This document shows positions 12,395 to 24,077 of a DNA stretch of 64,000 nt, piece by piece. The DNA comes from Ranitomeya imitator (lineage: Eukaryota). How positions within the stretch are numbered: the first letter of the stretch is position 1; every line of letters starts with the position of its first letter. Both the position numbers and the translations under genes were made by a program. Below the pieces are notes generated by a model. The model ran no database searches. It worked only from the letters and a program-made list of their open reading frames with translations, and was not told the DNA's origin. The stretch covers positions 838,736,001-838,800,000 of the forward strand of contig NC_091284.1 in assembly GCF_032444005.1 (NCBI RefSeq), read 5' to 3'.

Positions 12395-13790
12395 GAATGA
12401 TGGGAGTAGTAGTGGAGTGAATGGTGGCAGTAGTGGTGGAGTGAATGATGGGAGTAGTGGTGGAGTGAATGATGGGAGTAGTGGTGGAGTGAATGGTGGG
12501 AGTAGTGGTGGAGTGAATGATGGGAGTAGTGGTGGAGTGAATGGTGGGAGTAGTGGTGGAGTGAATGGTGGGAGTAGTGGTGGAGTGAATGGTGGGAGTA
12601 GTGGTGGAGTGAATGATGGGAGTAGTGGTGGAGTGAATGATGGGAGTAGTTGTGGAATGAATGATGGGAGTAGTGGTAGAGTAAATGGTGGGAGTAGTGG
12701 TGGAGTGAATGATGGGAGTAGTGGTGGAGTGAATGATGGGAGTAGTGGTGGAGTGAATGGAGGGAGTAGTGGTGGAGTGAATGGTGGGAGTAGTGGTGGA
12801 GTGAATGATGGGAGTAGTGGTGGAGTGAATGATGGGAGTAGTGGTGGAGTGAATGATGGGAGTAGTGGTGGAGTGAATGATGGGAGTAGTGGTGGAGTGA
12901 ATGGTGGGAGTAGTGGTGGAGTGAATGGTGGGAGTAGTGGTGGAGTGAATAGTGGGAGTAGTGGTGGAGTGAATGGTGGGAGTAGTGGTGGAGTGAATGG
13001 TGGGAGTAGTGGTGGAGTGAATGGTGGGAGTAGTGGTGGAGTGAATGGTGGGAGTAGTGGTGGAGTGAATGGTGGGAGTAGTGGTGGAGTGAATGGTGGG
13101 AGTAGTGATGGAGTGAATGATGGGAGTAGTGGTGTTGCAAATGATGGGAGTAGTGGTGTTGCAAATGATGGGAGTAGTGGTGGAGTGAATGATGGGAGTA
13201 GTGGTGGAGTGAATGGTGGGAGTAGCGGTGGAGTGAATGGTGGGAGTAGCGGTGGAGTGAATGGTGGGAGTAGCGGTGGAGTGAATGGTGGGAGTAGCGG
13301 TGGAGTGAATGGTGGGAGTAGCGGTGGAGTGAATGGTGGGAGTAGCGGTGGAGTGAATGGTGGGAGTAGCGGTGGAGTGAATGGTGGGAGAAGCGGTGGA
13401 GTGAATGGTGGGAGTAGCGGTGGAGTGAATGGTGGGAGTAGCGGTGGAGTGAATGGTGGGAGTAGCGGTGGAGTGAATGGTGGGAGAAGCGGTGGAGTGA
13501 ATGGTGGGAGTAGCGGTGGAGTGAATGGTGGGAGTAGCGGTGGAGTGAATGGTGGGAGTAGCGGTGGAGTGAATGGTGGGAGTAGCGGTGGAGTGAATGG
13601 TGGGAGTAGCGGTCGAGTGAATGGTGGGAGTAGCGGTGGAGTGAATGGTGGGAGTAGCGGTGGAGTGAATGATGGGAGTAGTGGTGGAGTGAATGATGGG
13701 AGTAGTGGTGGAGTGAATGATGGAAGTAGTGGTGGAGTGAATGATGGGAGTAGTGATGTTGCAAATGATGGGAGTAGTGGTGGAGTGAAT
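12395..13790 (+). repeat. 24-bp tandem repeat (roughly 58 units) encoding (GGVN[G/D]GSS)n in frame with Tx1 ORF1
   Basis: GGTGGAGTGAATGGTGGGAGTAGT units; the ORF 12063-14330 stays open through the array. Confidence 0.95.
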
Positions 13791-15559
13791 GAGGAGAGCA
13801 TTACTGGTGTTGGTGGAGGGGAAGCAGGTAGTGGTCCCGCTGCCCTTCCAGCGGTGGCGGGGGCTTCAGCCCCAAGCTATTCAGGAGCTGTCACTGCTGG
13901 GGGTAGTAGTGCGCCCTTGTCTGGTAACCCTGAGGATGGTGACTTGCAGCAGCGCTTCCTGGACGCCCTGAGGAGAGGGGAGAGTTCCATCAATGTAGAG
14001 GGGAGGGAGGTTGATCTGTCTTTCTGGATAGAGAGACACGGTCTTTCCGCCTTCCGAGATAGAGGGGCAGAGACTGTCTGGTCTCTGCCGACACCGGGGC
14101 AGAGGAGTAACCGTAGGAATGTGGCCCGTCTCCAGCGGGTAAGCAAGGATGCCTGTCCTGATCGGTGGAAGGTTGCTGAGCTCCTGCTGGGGATGGGCTT
14201 CGCGGCATATGACATCTTCGCCTTGATCCATCCCTATGGGACCTCCTACTTCGATGTCAGCTTCGTGAGACCGGAGGGCCTTGAGCTTTTCTGGTCTCGC
14301 CATGAGCTGGCTCGGGGTTGCCCCGAATAGCGGGGTTTCCACGCTGTAGCAATATCCCGCCAGAACTCAGTCAGGAAGTTGACCGTTTTGACCAGTAATG
14401 AGTCACTTTCCTGTGTCGACATCTCCACCTGGGTTGGACGATACGGCGACATCGTTGGTATTCCCGAGAAGACCCTCGATGAGCATGGTATCTGGTCAGG
14501 AGCCTGGACCTTCATGGTGAAATTGAAGGTTTCAGGAAACACTGTTACCCATATCCCTTCCTCAACATTTTTGGGGAGGGACAGGATCTTGATTTTCTAC
14601 CGGGGGCAGCCTAAGGTCTGTCACAGGTGCGGCAGCCCCACACACTTCAGTGCGCAGTGTACCACCCAGAAATGCGCACTGTGTGGGGACCTCGGCCATC
14701 TCGCTGCTACCTGTGGCAGGATTAGGTGTAACCTGTGTGGTGACCTCGATCACCCGTTCAGTCGCTGTCCGCGTTCCTTCGCCAATGCGGTCCTGAAAGC
14801 GGCGAGTGCGGGACAGGCGAAAGCCGGGACTAATCTCGCCGGTGAAGGGACCAGCAGAGGCGGAGGAGGCAGGGAACCGGTGAGGAGCAGGCTGCCGCCA
14901 TCCAATATCAGGCGGCAGGAGCAGCGCCATGGGAACAGGGGGCAGGGAGTAATGACACTAAACTCTGACCCGGGTGCTTCACTTGCAGCTGAGGATCCTA
15001 AAGACAGCGAATTGAGCGAGGAAGTCAAGAGACTTGAAAGGGAGGAGCAAAAGGACGCCATGTCTGCCCAGGAACCTTCATCCGGTGACAGTCTGGATGG
15101 AGAGGGTGAGTGGTCACAGGAAAAGAAAAAGGGTAACAGGAAAACAACTAAGGATAAGAGGGGGTCCGTGCCTCGAGCCTCCTCCTTGGAGTGTGACCCT
15201 GATCCAGGTGCCATTGGAAGGTCTAACCGCCCCCCCCTCTGGTGGATCTGTCCAACCAGTTTCGGGCCTTCCAGGACTCCCCTCCAGAGGGGAACAACGG
15301 GGACCCGGAGCCGGAAGTTGCAGACATGGTTGTTGGGGCTCAGGAGGTCGCTGGGTCTTCTTCTCAGGGGACAACTAAAGGGCCCTCTGGGGGGGACTAC
15401 CTCAGGACCACCAGACAGGGGCCATAGTGTATGTAAGGAGAGAATGGATGAGTCTGTTTGGCTTAAGCGCACTAAAAACTCATCATTGTCGGAGGAAGAG
15501 GGTGAAACTGTTGGTGTGGAAAGACAAAAGCTATCTAATTCAATCAATCATGATGGTGG

Positions 15560-17520
15560 TGTGACGCCCCATGGTCCCGGTCGTCACAGCGGCATTGCTT
15601 TCTTCACGGGGAGAGTGATGTCACGCTTGGAAGCGATGAAGGATAACTCTCACCAGGTACCACAAGCATGCAACATGTACACACTCCAGGCCACAAGGGG
15701 GAGCTTTTGATCCTAATTTCTAGGTGACTCCCCTGCATATAGAGATATATTGTGGTTTGGAGGAAAAGTTATTCAGATAGTGCCAGAGAGCCGACTAGAG
15801 CAGTCTGAGGCAGGAAGAACGTATGAGGAGCCGTGCAGCCAGGAGAAAGTGCTGCAGCTCCTGGACAGATATAATACCGACAGCCAAACAGATTGTAGTG
15901 AGCATGTGGGAGAGCGAAGCACAGGAGAAGGAACACCAGTGGAGCAGAGCAATGAATTAGCTACCTCCCTGGCTAGCGCAGATACCTGTAGCGGGAAGAC
16001 CGAGGTTGTGAGGGACTCTAAGATTTACAGCAGAAACCGTCAGGACAGCTGGATTATTACAAGTAACCTGTCTGCCCTGCCCTAACACACAGAAGGCACA
16101 GGGACACATGGAGCCCGGGTTGTGATAGAGACTGTTATGAACAGGTAATTCAGAACCACAATGGACCTTGAAGTTCAGAGCATACAAAGTGACCTGACAT
16201 TTACCAAAAACATATGACAAGCTCTGAGACGTGGAAACTCTGCTGACTGCAATCCCTAATCCTATCACACCACACTAGAGGTAGCCGTGGATTGCGCCTA
16301 ACGCTCCCTATGCAACTCGGCACAGCCTGAGAAACTAACTAGTCCTGAAGATAGAAAAATAAGCCTACCTTGCCTCAGAGAAATTCCCCAAAGGAAAAGG
16401 CAGCCCCCCACATATAATGACTGTGAGTAAAGATGAAATACAAACACAGAGATGAAATAGATTTAGCAAAGTGAGGCCCGACTTACTGAATAGACCGAGG
16501 ATAGGAAAGATAGCTTTGCGGTCAACACAAAAACCTACAAACAACCACGCAGAGGGGCAAAAAGACCCTCCGCACCGACTAACGGTACGGAGGTGCTCCC
16601 TCTGCGTCTCAGAGCTTCCAGCAAGCAAGAAAAACCAATATAGCAAGCTGGACAGAAAATATAGCAAACAAAAATAACATAAGCAGAACTTAGCTTATGC
16701 AGGATAGACAGGCCACAGGAACGATCCAGGAGGAAGCAAGACCAATACTAGAACATTGACTGGAGGCCAGGATCAAAGCACCAGGTGGAGTTAAATAGAG
16801 CAGCACCTAACGACTTAACCACGTCACCTGAGGAAGGAAACTCAGAAGCCGCAGTACCACTCTCATCCACCAAAGGAAGCTTATAGACAGAACCAGCCGC
16901 AGTACCACTCACGACCACAAGAGGGAGCTTGGCCACAGAATTCACAACAAGAGACCCTGCAAAAAGGCTCGAGTCACCTGTCATTCAGATTTATGTCCCA
17001 CCTATATGAAGGACAGAGAGAACTGTGAGGACCTTATCAGAAGCCATAGGCAGTAAGGGACTACAACACTACTGCGCTATGAGGAAGGCTTTTAACTCCA
17101 CCTGGTAAAGGGGACTCTGAATTCGCTTACAAGCCGGCCGGACCCTGCCTGTCTTGTGATCTGGTGCCCTGGACTGTGGCTACCTGAAGTGCTCAGTAAA
17201 TAAGGTAGAGAGACTGCAAACCTGTGTCCTTGTTCTTTACTGTGCTATTCACCATCTTCCATCTACACACTGGGAGCCCTGGGGACATACTTCACCTGTG
17301 GGAAGTTATAACATCTAGCTGCCATAACATCACCCCAGAGGACCCCTTAAACCATCGTCGGTCCCTTCTGACCGAATACCACAGGTGGCGTCACGAACAC
17401 AAACTGTTATCAATACCCCATTTACATGGGCGCCCTGGGCCACGGACTGGGTCACCGTGACATCCCCCAGTGAATACCGGACCCGGTACCGGGTACCCCA
17501 CGGCCCTTTCGGGTGACTCA
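15560..17520 (+). mobile_element. Solo LTR inserted at the start of Tx1 ORF2
   Basis: TGTGACGCC...GACTCA, 4-bp TSD GTGG (15556-15559 / 17521-17524); same family as 2087-3412. Confidence 0.8.
16133..16949 (-). mobile_element. Unrelated solo LTR (817 bp) nested in the 15560 LTR
   Basis: TGTTATGA...TCACAACA ends with flanking direct repeat AGAGAC (16127-16132 / 16950-16955). Orientation is tentative. Confidence 0.75.
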
Positions 17521-20500
17521 GTGGCACCCACCCTGTTGATGCTGGCAACCATTAATGTTGCCAGCATAAAGTCAGAAGCGGCAAGGTACACGGCATTTCA
17601 TTTTCTTGACCAACTTGACGCCAACATCTTGTTTTTGCAGGAGACCAGGTTGACTGACCTATCAACCATGCATATAGCAAGGCGGGAGTGGAAGCACAGG
17701 ACCTCCTACTGGTCTCTTGTGGCTGAGTTGTATAGCAGGGTGGCGGTCCTTTTTAAGACCGCAGCAGTTGAATGCAGACTATTAATCGAATTAGAAAAGG
17801 GGAGTTGCTTGATCCTAGATGCATGGGGGGACATGAGCTTTGGCTCATTAACATCTACGGTCCCCAGTCCAAGTGGGACCGCCAGTGTCTCATCATGAAG
17901 ATTATTATTATTACACATTTTTATAGCGCCATTTTGTTCCATGGCGCTTTACATTGGAAAAGGGGGCAAATATAGACAAATACATTAAATATGAGCAAAA
18001 AAACAAGGCACTAACAGGTAAAGAGGAGGGAGGACGCTGCCCGCAAGGGCTCACAGTCAGAAGGGGATGGGTGAGGATACACTAGGGTAGAGCAGGTTGT
18101 GCGGTGGTTCAGTAGGTTGAGGATCACTACTGGCTTGTCGGAAGAGGTGAGTCTTCAGGTTCTTTTTTCAAGGTTTGTATGGTAGGCGAGAGTCTGATGT
18201 GTTGGGGTAGAGAGTTCCAGAATATGGGAGAAGCACGGGAGAATTCTTGGATGTGGTTGAAGAGATGAGAGGGAAGTACAGAAGGAGATTTTGAGAAGAT
18301 CAGAGGTTGCGTGAAGGTAAATACCAGGAGACCATGTCACAGATGTATGGAGGAGACAGGTTGTGGATGGCTTTATATGTCATAGTAAGGGTTTTGAACT
18401 GGAGTCTCTGGATGATAGGAAGCCAGTGAAGGGCTTGCATAGGAGAGAGGCTGGGGAATAGCGGGGGACAGGTAGATTAGTCGGGCAGCAGAGTGTAGGA
18501 TGGATTGGAGTGGTGCAAGAGTGCTAGAGGGGAGGCCAGAGAGTAGGAGGTTGTAGTAGTCAAGGTGGGAGATGATAAGGGCGTGCACTAGTGTTTTTGT
18601 GGTGTCGTGGTCAAGGAATGCGCAGATCCCGGAAATATGTTTGAGTTTGAGGTGGCAGGAGGAGGCAAGGGCTTGGATATGTGGCTTGAAGAGAGAGAGG
18701 GCGGAGTCGAGGATCACCCTGAGGCACCGAGCATGCGAGACTGGGGAAAGTGAGCAGTCATTGATATTGATGGATAGGTCTGGTGGAGGGGTAGAGTGAG
18801 ATGGGGGAAATATGATGAATTCTGTTTTTGTCCATATTCAGTTTTAGAAAGTGAGCAGAAAAGAAGGCCGAGATAGCAGACAGATAGTGTGGGATTTTGG
18901 TAAGTAAGAAGGTGAGGTCAGGTCCAGATAGGTAGATCTGTGTGTCATCGGCGTAGAGATGATACTGCATACCGTGGGATTCCACGAGCTGTCCCAGGCT
19001 GAAGGTGTAGATGGAGAAGAGTAGGGGTCCTAGAACAGATCAAACCTTTCTTATTTTCGAGTTGGCAGGTGGTCTTTGGAGGGGATTTCAAGAACGTCAT
19101 GAGACCCTGTGATAGAGGAAGTTCCGGAGACTTGCTGGCTTACGATTGCGTTGCGTTAAATAGGATAGTAAGTGAGGCACGCCTGGTGGATGTCCCCATC
19201 CGGCACAACACAGGCCACACAGGATTCACCTTTTTTAGAAGTAGTCAGTGCAGGTCTAGGTTAGACAGGTTTTATTTGAAGGAGGAGGCCGTCTCCTCGC
19301 TGTTGTTGGTTGTGGAGGTGGAGGTTTGATTATGTTTTCTCTGAGCGTTACAGAGACTCCTCGGATGGGAAGAGGTTATTGGAAGCTGAATTCGTCACTC
19401 CTTGAGGAAGAAGCTGTAAGACGGTCCTTTGAGGAATTTCTTCAGAGCCAGGTACCGCTGCTGGGCCTAAGTAACACTAAATCTGAGTGGTGGGAGATGT
19501 TCAAACATCAGGTGGCGAGATTCTTCCGGCAACTCTCGAACCTCAGAAGCCTGAACAGGGATCGCCTGTATCAGAGCCTGAGGAGGAAACTCGAGCATCT
19601 TGTCTCGACTGGGGGTAGCCGCGAGGCGATCTCCAGTGTGAAATCCTTACTGAAGAGGTGTCAGTCATAAGCACGCATCTTTGGTTTTTGAGAGGGAGTA
19701 CGGGAAGTACTACTTGCCCGACCCTTACAGAAGCTGCAAGATGTCAGGGAATAGTAAGATAGTGACGGGGCTGATGGACAGTACGGGATCCCTGAGAAGG
19801 TCCAGATCAGGGATCTTGGAGGTCGTCAGTTCATACTACTCGCACCTCTTGGGAAGGAAGGAACTGGATCGTGACAGGATGTCGGCTTTCCTGGCTGAAG
19901 TTATTCCTGAGCCAGGGGCTGACCTCTCGCTGGGAAGGTTTGGGAGAAGCGATCAAAGAAGAGGAAGTAAGACTAGCGATCGATGGGCTCAGGCCTAAAA
20001 AAATCACCAAGTCCGGAGGGGGGGATCCCGCGTTTGATCTTCTGGACACCCTCCCCAAACCCCAAGAACATGCCAAAGACCTAGGCATCAAATTTGGCCA
20101 GGGTGATTACCCCACAAAAAACTGGGAAGGCAGTATCAAAGGTGTCGCCCAAAGAGTGGACCAATGGAAGGGTTGGTCTTTGACCCTGAGGAAAAGGGTT
20201 GACTTGTGCAAAGCTTTCCTGCTCCCCTTGCTAATCTACCTGGGCAGCGTCTGTGTCTTGCCAGAACCTCTCTGGACACGGGTCTACAGTCTGTTCTTCC
20301 AGATGTTATGGGGGAGAATAGACTGAACCTTGTCAAGCGGGAGGTCACTTATCGCTGCAAAGCATGGAGCACTTCCTACTTCATTGTCCCTTAAATACAG
20401 TTGTGTACAACAGGGTGGGCGCTTCCATTGGTTGGCCGCGGCTGGCCACTCTGTCCTATGCCGAGTGGGCCTATGGAGCGTTCAGAGACCTCGGGAGAAG

Positions 20501-20717
20501 GGACCGAGCCACTTTATTCTTAGTCAGTGCAGTGGTCAGGTATTTCACGTGGAACGCACGAGTTTTAGTTTCGACGCAGAGTAAAATCCTCCATGTAGAT
20601 GAAGTTTGTAGCAGCATCCTAGGTGCCCTGGTGAAGGTGCGCTCTCTGGAGTGCGGAGGACTGGGTGCCCGGAGGGCGGCCCATCTCTGGAGGGGTTTCT
20701 CCTTCAGGGTGCCTTAG
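17521..20717 (+). pseudogene. Tx1 ORF2 remnant (endonuclease, linker, C-terminal region; RT core deleted)
   Basis: ATINVASIK, FLQET, VFGGDFK, SRLDRFY, GYWKLNSSLL, MEHFLLHCP; multiple frameshifts and internal deletions. Confidence 0.8.
17903..19036 (-). mobile_element. 5'-truncated L2/CR1-type LINE fragment inserted in the Tx1 endonuclease
   Basis: Minus-strand [10 protein letters not shown]...[13 protein letters not shown] motifs, (TAA)n-type 3' tail at ~17903, AGAT repeated at both junctions; removal rejoins the Tx1 sequence as ATGAAGAT|CAAACC. Confidence 0.85.
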
Positions 20718-21714
20718 TCCGTTAGCGCTCCTATATCCTGGTGGTGGGCTGATATCTTTACACCCTAGATTTTTGTTTTGTATTTCTGTTCCCTAAAATA
20801 GGAGGTTTGCAGGCATCGAACTTGAGCCTCGGGTGGTGAGAATGTAGGTTGTGTTCTGTGATGTTGGTTTATGTATATATTGTATATAGTGTATTGTATA
20901 TATTGTATATAGTGTGTATAATAGAGGGTCTTAGTTAGGTTGGGTGGGGGGCTTGGGGGGTTCAACGGCGGTGATAAGAGACTGATCTGGCCTGGCCCAG
21001 GCCCCGCCTGGGGAAAAACTTTGGGGCCTGATCCTAGCTCTGATAATTCCTGAACTTTGTGGCCAGAGCTGGATCAGGGGTGGCGGGATAGTTAGTGTAG
21101 GTGTGTGTTTATACATAGTTTAATAAAAATATATATATGTATATTTTTTTTCGTAATGTAAATTTTGTACACTATATTGTATTTAGGTTTGTTATAGGGT
21201 GAATGTGGTGGTGTAAGGGGGGCTGTAAGGTGCGGCAGTGGGACCAGCACATATTTCTTGTGTTTGCGGTGTTGTATAATATTCGATATAGTGTAATATG
21301 TTTATAGTGTATATATTGTATATAATATTGTATATAGGACGGTGTGAATGTAGTTGGGGTTGTGTATAGTAGTATGAATGAAGCTGGGCCGGGGGTCTTA
21401 CATGATTTTATACTATTTATTATTTATTATTCTATGGGGGTATTCATGTAGTCATGGGTAGTTTGTTTTTTACTTTATTTTATTTGAATTTTTTCTTTCC
21501 TGTCCCTGATTTGTAGGTCATGAACTTTGTCCTTTTTGTTTCCATTTCTGGTTTATTTATTTGTGATTTGTGTCGTTTTTTGTCGTCTGATTGGAGTTTT
21601 GTTCTTATGTGTTGTTCTGTTGTGTTTTATTTGGTAATGTATCGTAGTTGGGTCACGTGAAGTATTTTTTATTTAATAAAAAAGTCCTACAATCTATTAC
21701 TCCCTGTTATCAGC

Positions 21715-21759
21715 CATTTCTGGAGGGAGGTGACTGCAATCCTTATTACTTGCAGCAGG
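21715..21759 (+). other. Candidate 45-nt exon (unassigned)
   Basis: Pyrimidine-rich acceptor ...CTCCCTGTTATCAG and consensus donor CAG|GTAAGT; open in phase 0 (PFLEGGDCNPYYLQQ) and phase 2. No homology recognised. Confidence 0.25.
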
Positions 21760-22859
21760 TAAGTGGTGAAGCAGTCTGATCCCTTTCTATTACATTTGGT
21801 TCCCAGCACTCGCACCGGAGGGGGTGATAACATGTAATCAGAGGGTCCTGTGTGTGGGCTCCTTCCTACATTACACCCCCCTCTGCACCCGGCACTGCAC
21901 TGGTTAATACACCCCTTTCTCCGGTAATGAGGCCATTGTGTGTGACGGCCGTAATCGGCTGTTTTCTTCTTTCTTGCGCCTCGTGTTCTGCAGACCTGAA
22001 TTACAATAATCGGATTATTCCTTAGACTCGCGGGACGCTGCGCACAAATCACCAACCACCGGCCGCCACCAGATAAAAGCAAAGTAGAACCTGGCGGGAT
22101 CCAGAAGAGGAAGCTAACAAATCGAAAGTTGCCCTCTGATGTCTGCCCAGCCATTTCTATCTGTAACTGGGAAAGCTGAGTGGTGACCAGTATGGCCCCA
22201 GTATGGGATAAGTTTACTGGACAGTTCAAGTTCATCATAGTGTAGCAGGTCGTATTGGGAGCAACACTTCTTATTCCTTGTTTCCTTAATACAGTGCGTC
22301 TTCAGCATTAGTACCCATTGTTCCTGGACTATCCCTATGGTTACTGTTCCTGTCAGTCCCAGGTAGTCCCGCAGTACATCCGGGATCCGTTATCTTCCCT
22401 TCACGCGGTTCCACGTCCATCGTCCTCTCTTCATAGTACCTGTACCGAGCCTTGAGCTCCGGACGTTGCAGGAATGTCCGCGAGGGATTCCAGGAAGGCT
22501 CCCACTGCCCTGAACGATAGATTCTTGCCCACTGCAGATTGAACTTAACTTTGGTTACTGCACCTCTTTATCTCATCTGCTATCAGGAAGCAGTCCTTTT
22601 ACTGGGGCTTGTCCCTCCCACTGTGGGCTAGTCCTGAACCTTAAAGGGTTTGCTCGGTTCAAATCTGTGTAACTGAAGACTTATGAATTCCCCCAGCGTA
22701 TGCAGGGATTAGCCAGATTCAGACCAGAGACCGGAGGGTATGTATGCGTTATACATACTGCCGACCAGTGGCCACGGCCTCGCTTCCATACACTTGTATC
22801 AAGCATGGCCATGCCCTCTCAATGACCACGGCCACTGGCCACCTATGTCTCTAGATGGG

Positions 22860-23095
22860 TTGCAGTGTCGCTCAGTACAAGTGTATGGAAGCAAGGCCTT
22901 GGACAACATCTGCAAGGAGTTTGTATGTTCTCCCCGTGATTGCGTGGGTTTCCTCTGGGTTCTCCGGTTTCCTCCCACATTCCAAAGACATACTGATAGG
23001 GAATTTAGATTGTGAGCCCCATCGAGGACAGCGATGATAATGTCTGTAAAGCGCTGCGGAATATGTTAGAGCTATATAAAAATAAAGATTATTAT
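22860..23095 (+). mobile_element. V-SINE-type SINE with L2-like 3' tail
   Basis: Central GGAGTTTGTATGTTCTCCCCGTG...GTGGGTTTCCTC...CTCCGGTTTCCTCCCACA...CAAAGAC domain; tail TGTAAAGCGCTGCGGAATATG...AATAAAGATTATTA. Confidence 0.7.
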
Positions 23096-24077
23096 TTGGC
23101 CCGGACAACCCCTGTAACTATGTCGGTCCCTGCAGCATGGGGTGGGGCAGATCTCTCCCTATAATCACGACCTCACACCCTAAGTCCTCCTCTCTAGCTG
23201 TCCCCCGCTATACATGGCAGGATATATCTAAGACCGCATTACACTATTCACATTGTAACGCACAGCTCAGCACGACTCGTGTCTTCACGGGGGGTAGAAA
23301 CACCATAGTACAGCAGAGGAGGCGTCGCAGTGTGCCTGTATCTGATCGCGGCTGCCTCATGAATATTTCAGTTTCTTCGCCGTCGCAGTAATTAAAGACA
23401 AGAAACAACAATGGACCCATTAACCCTTCATAAGGCGGAGGGATCAGCAAGATTTGGGCCTCGACTACCAGAAATACTGTCTCCCAAAACAGGAAAAGGT
23501 CAGCACCCTGCTACACCCGCCGTGTACCGTCTATGATGACTGTGCTGCTGTTAGCGATGCACAGAGGGTCCGGGGCCCCCCGCGTGGCTCTCCAGACCTT
23601 CCTTTATAGCTCTGTGCGCATATTGGGGTCACTTCAGGTTGTGGGTGGGCATGGACCGTTATAGGAGAAGCCACGGTAGGTTTATTATAAGTTTCTTATT
23701 TCTAGTTCTAGAACCGTCCAATCTTTACAAGGTCACATGACCGTGCGCGGCAGTGAAAGGGTTAACCCCTGCGGTGCTGCCATTAATTACTGCGTCCGTC
23801 TCGCTGCTCTTTTATCTCCGCGTCGCCTCCGGTGTACAATGATATTATCATTGGGTAATCAGCCTCCGTAATTAAATAGCCGGATTGTTCAGGAGACGTA
23901 ATCTGCTCCCTATCAGCAGTGGCGGGACCAATGGCGCTAACAGAATCCGCACAGATCATCTACAGGTGGGGTACGGCGTAAAGAAACCAGGACACAAGGA
24001 CGCCGAGAAGACGCAGCCTCATCTGTGCGTCCGCATGTCCTATACATTGTAATGAAGCAGCATCACCAGGCACCACG

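Larger units (their letters stand above)
10320..15540 (+). pseudogene. Tx1 ORF1 (Gag-like nucleic-acid-binding protein), frameshifted, one premature stop
   Basis: ORF pieces 10306, 11099, 12063 and 14379 are successive parts; 12063 and 14379 are in frame across a TAG at 14328-14330 (probably TGG); knuckles CHRCGSPTHFSAQC, CALCGDLGHLAATC, CNLCGDLDHPFSRC. Confidence 0.8.
10320..21684 (+). mobile_element. Tx1-clade (L1-like) non-LTR retrotransposon, decayed, with nested insertions
   Basis: ORF1 with three CCHC knuckles, ORF2 with APE endonuclease motifs and C-terminal HFLLHC motif, long AT-rich 3' UTR ending AATAAA+A-run (21675-21684). Confidence 0.85.

Noticed and set aside
12215-13801. Minus-strand 528-aa (PPFTPPLL)n and 470-aa (HSLHHYSH)n ORFs
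   Set aside because: Antisense shadows of the 24-bp repeat; only the plus frame connects to Tx1 ORF1.
22650-22880. tRNA gene suggested by A-box-like and B-box-like words
   Set aside because: The boxes are in the wrong order and spacing and there is no cloverleaf; the A-box-like word belongs to the SINE head.
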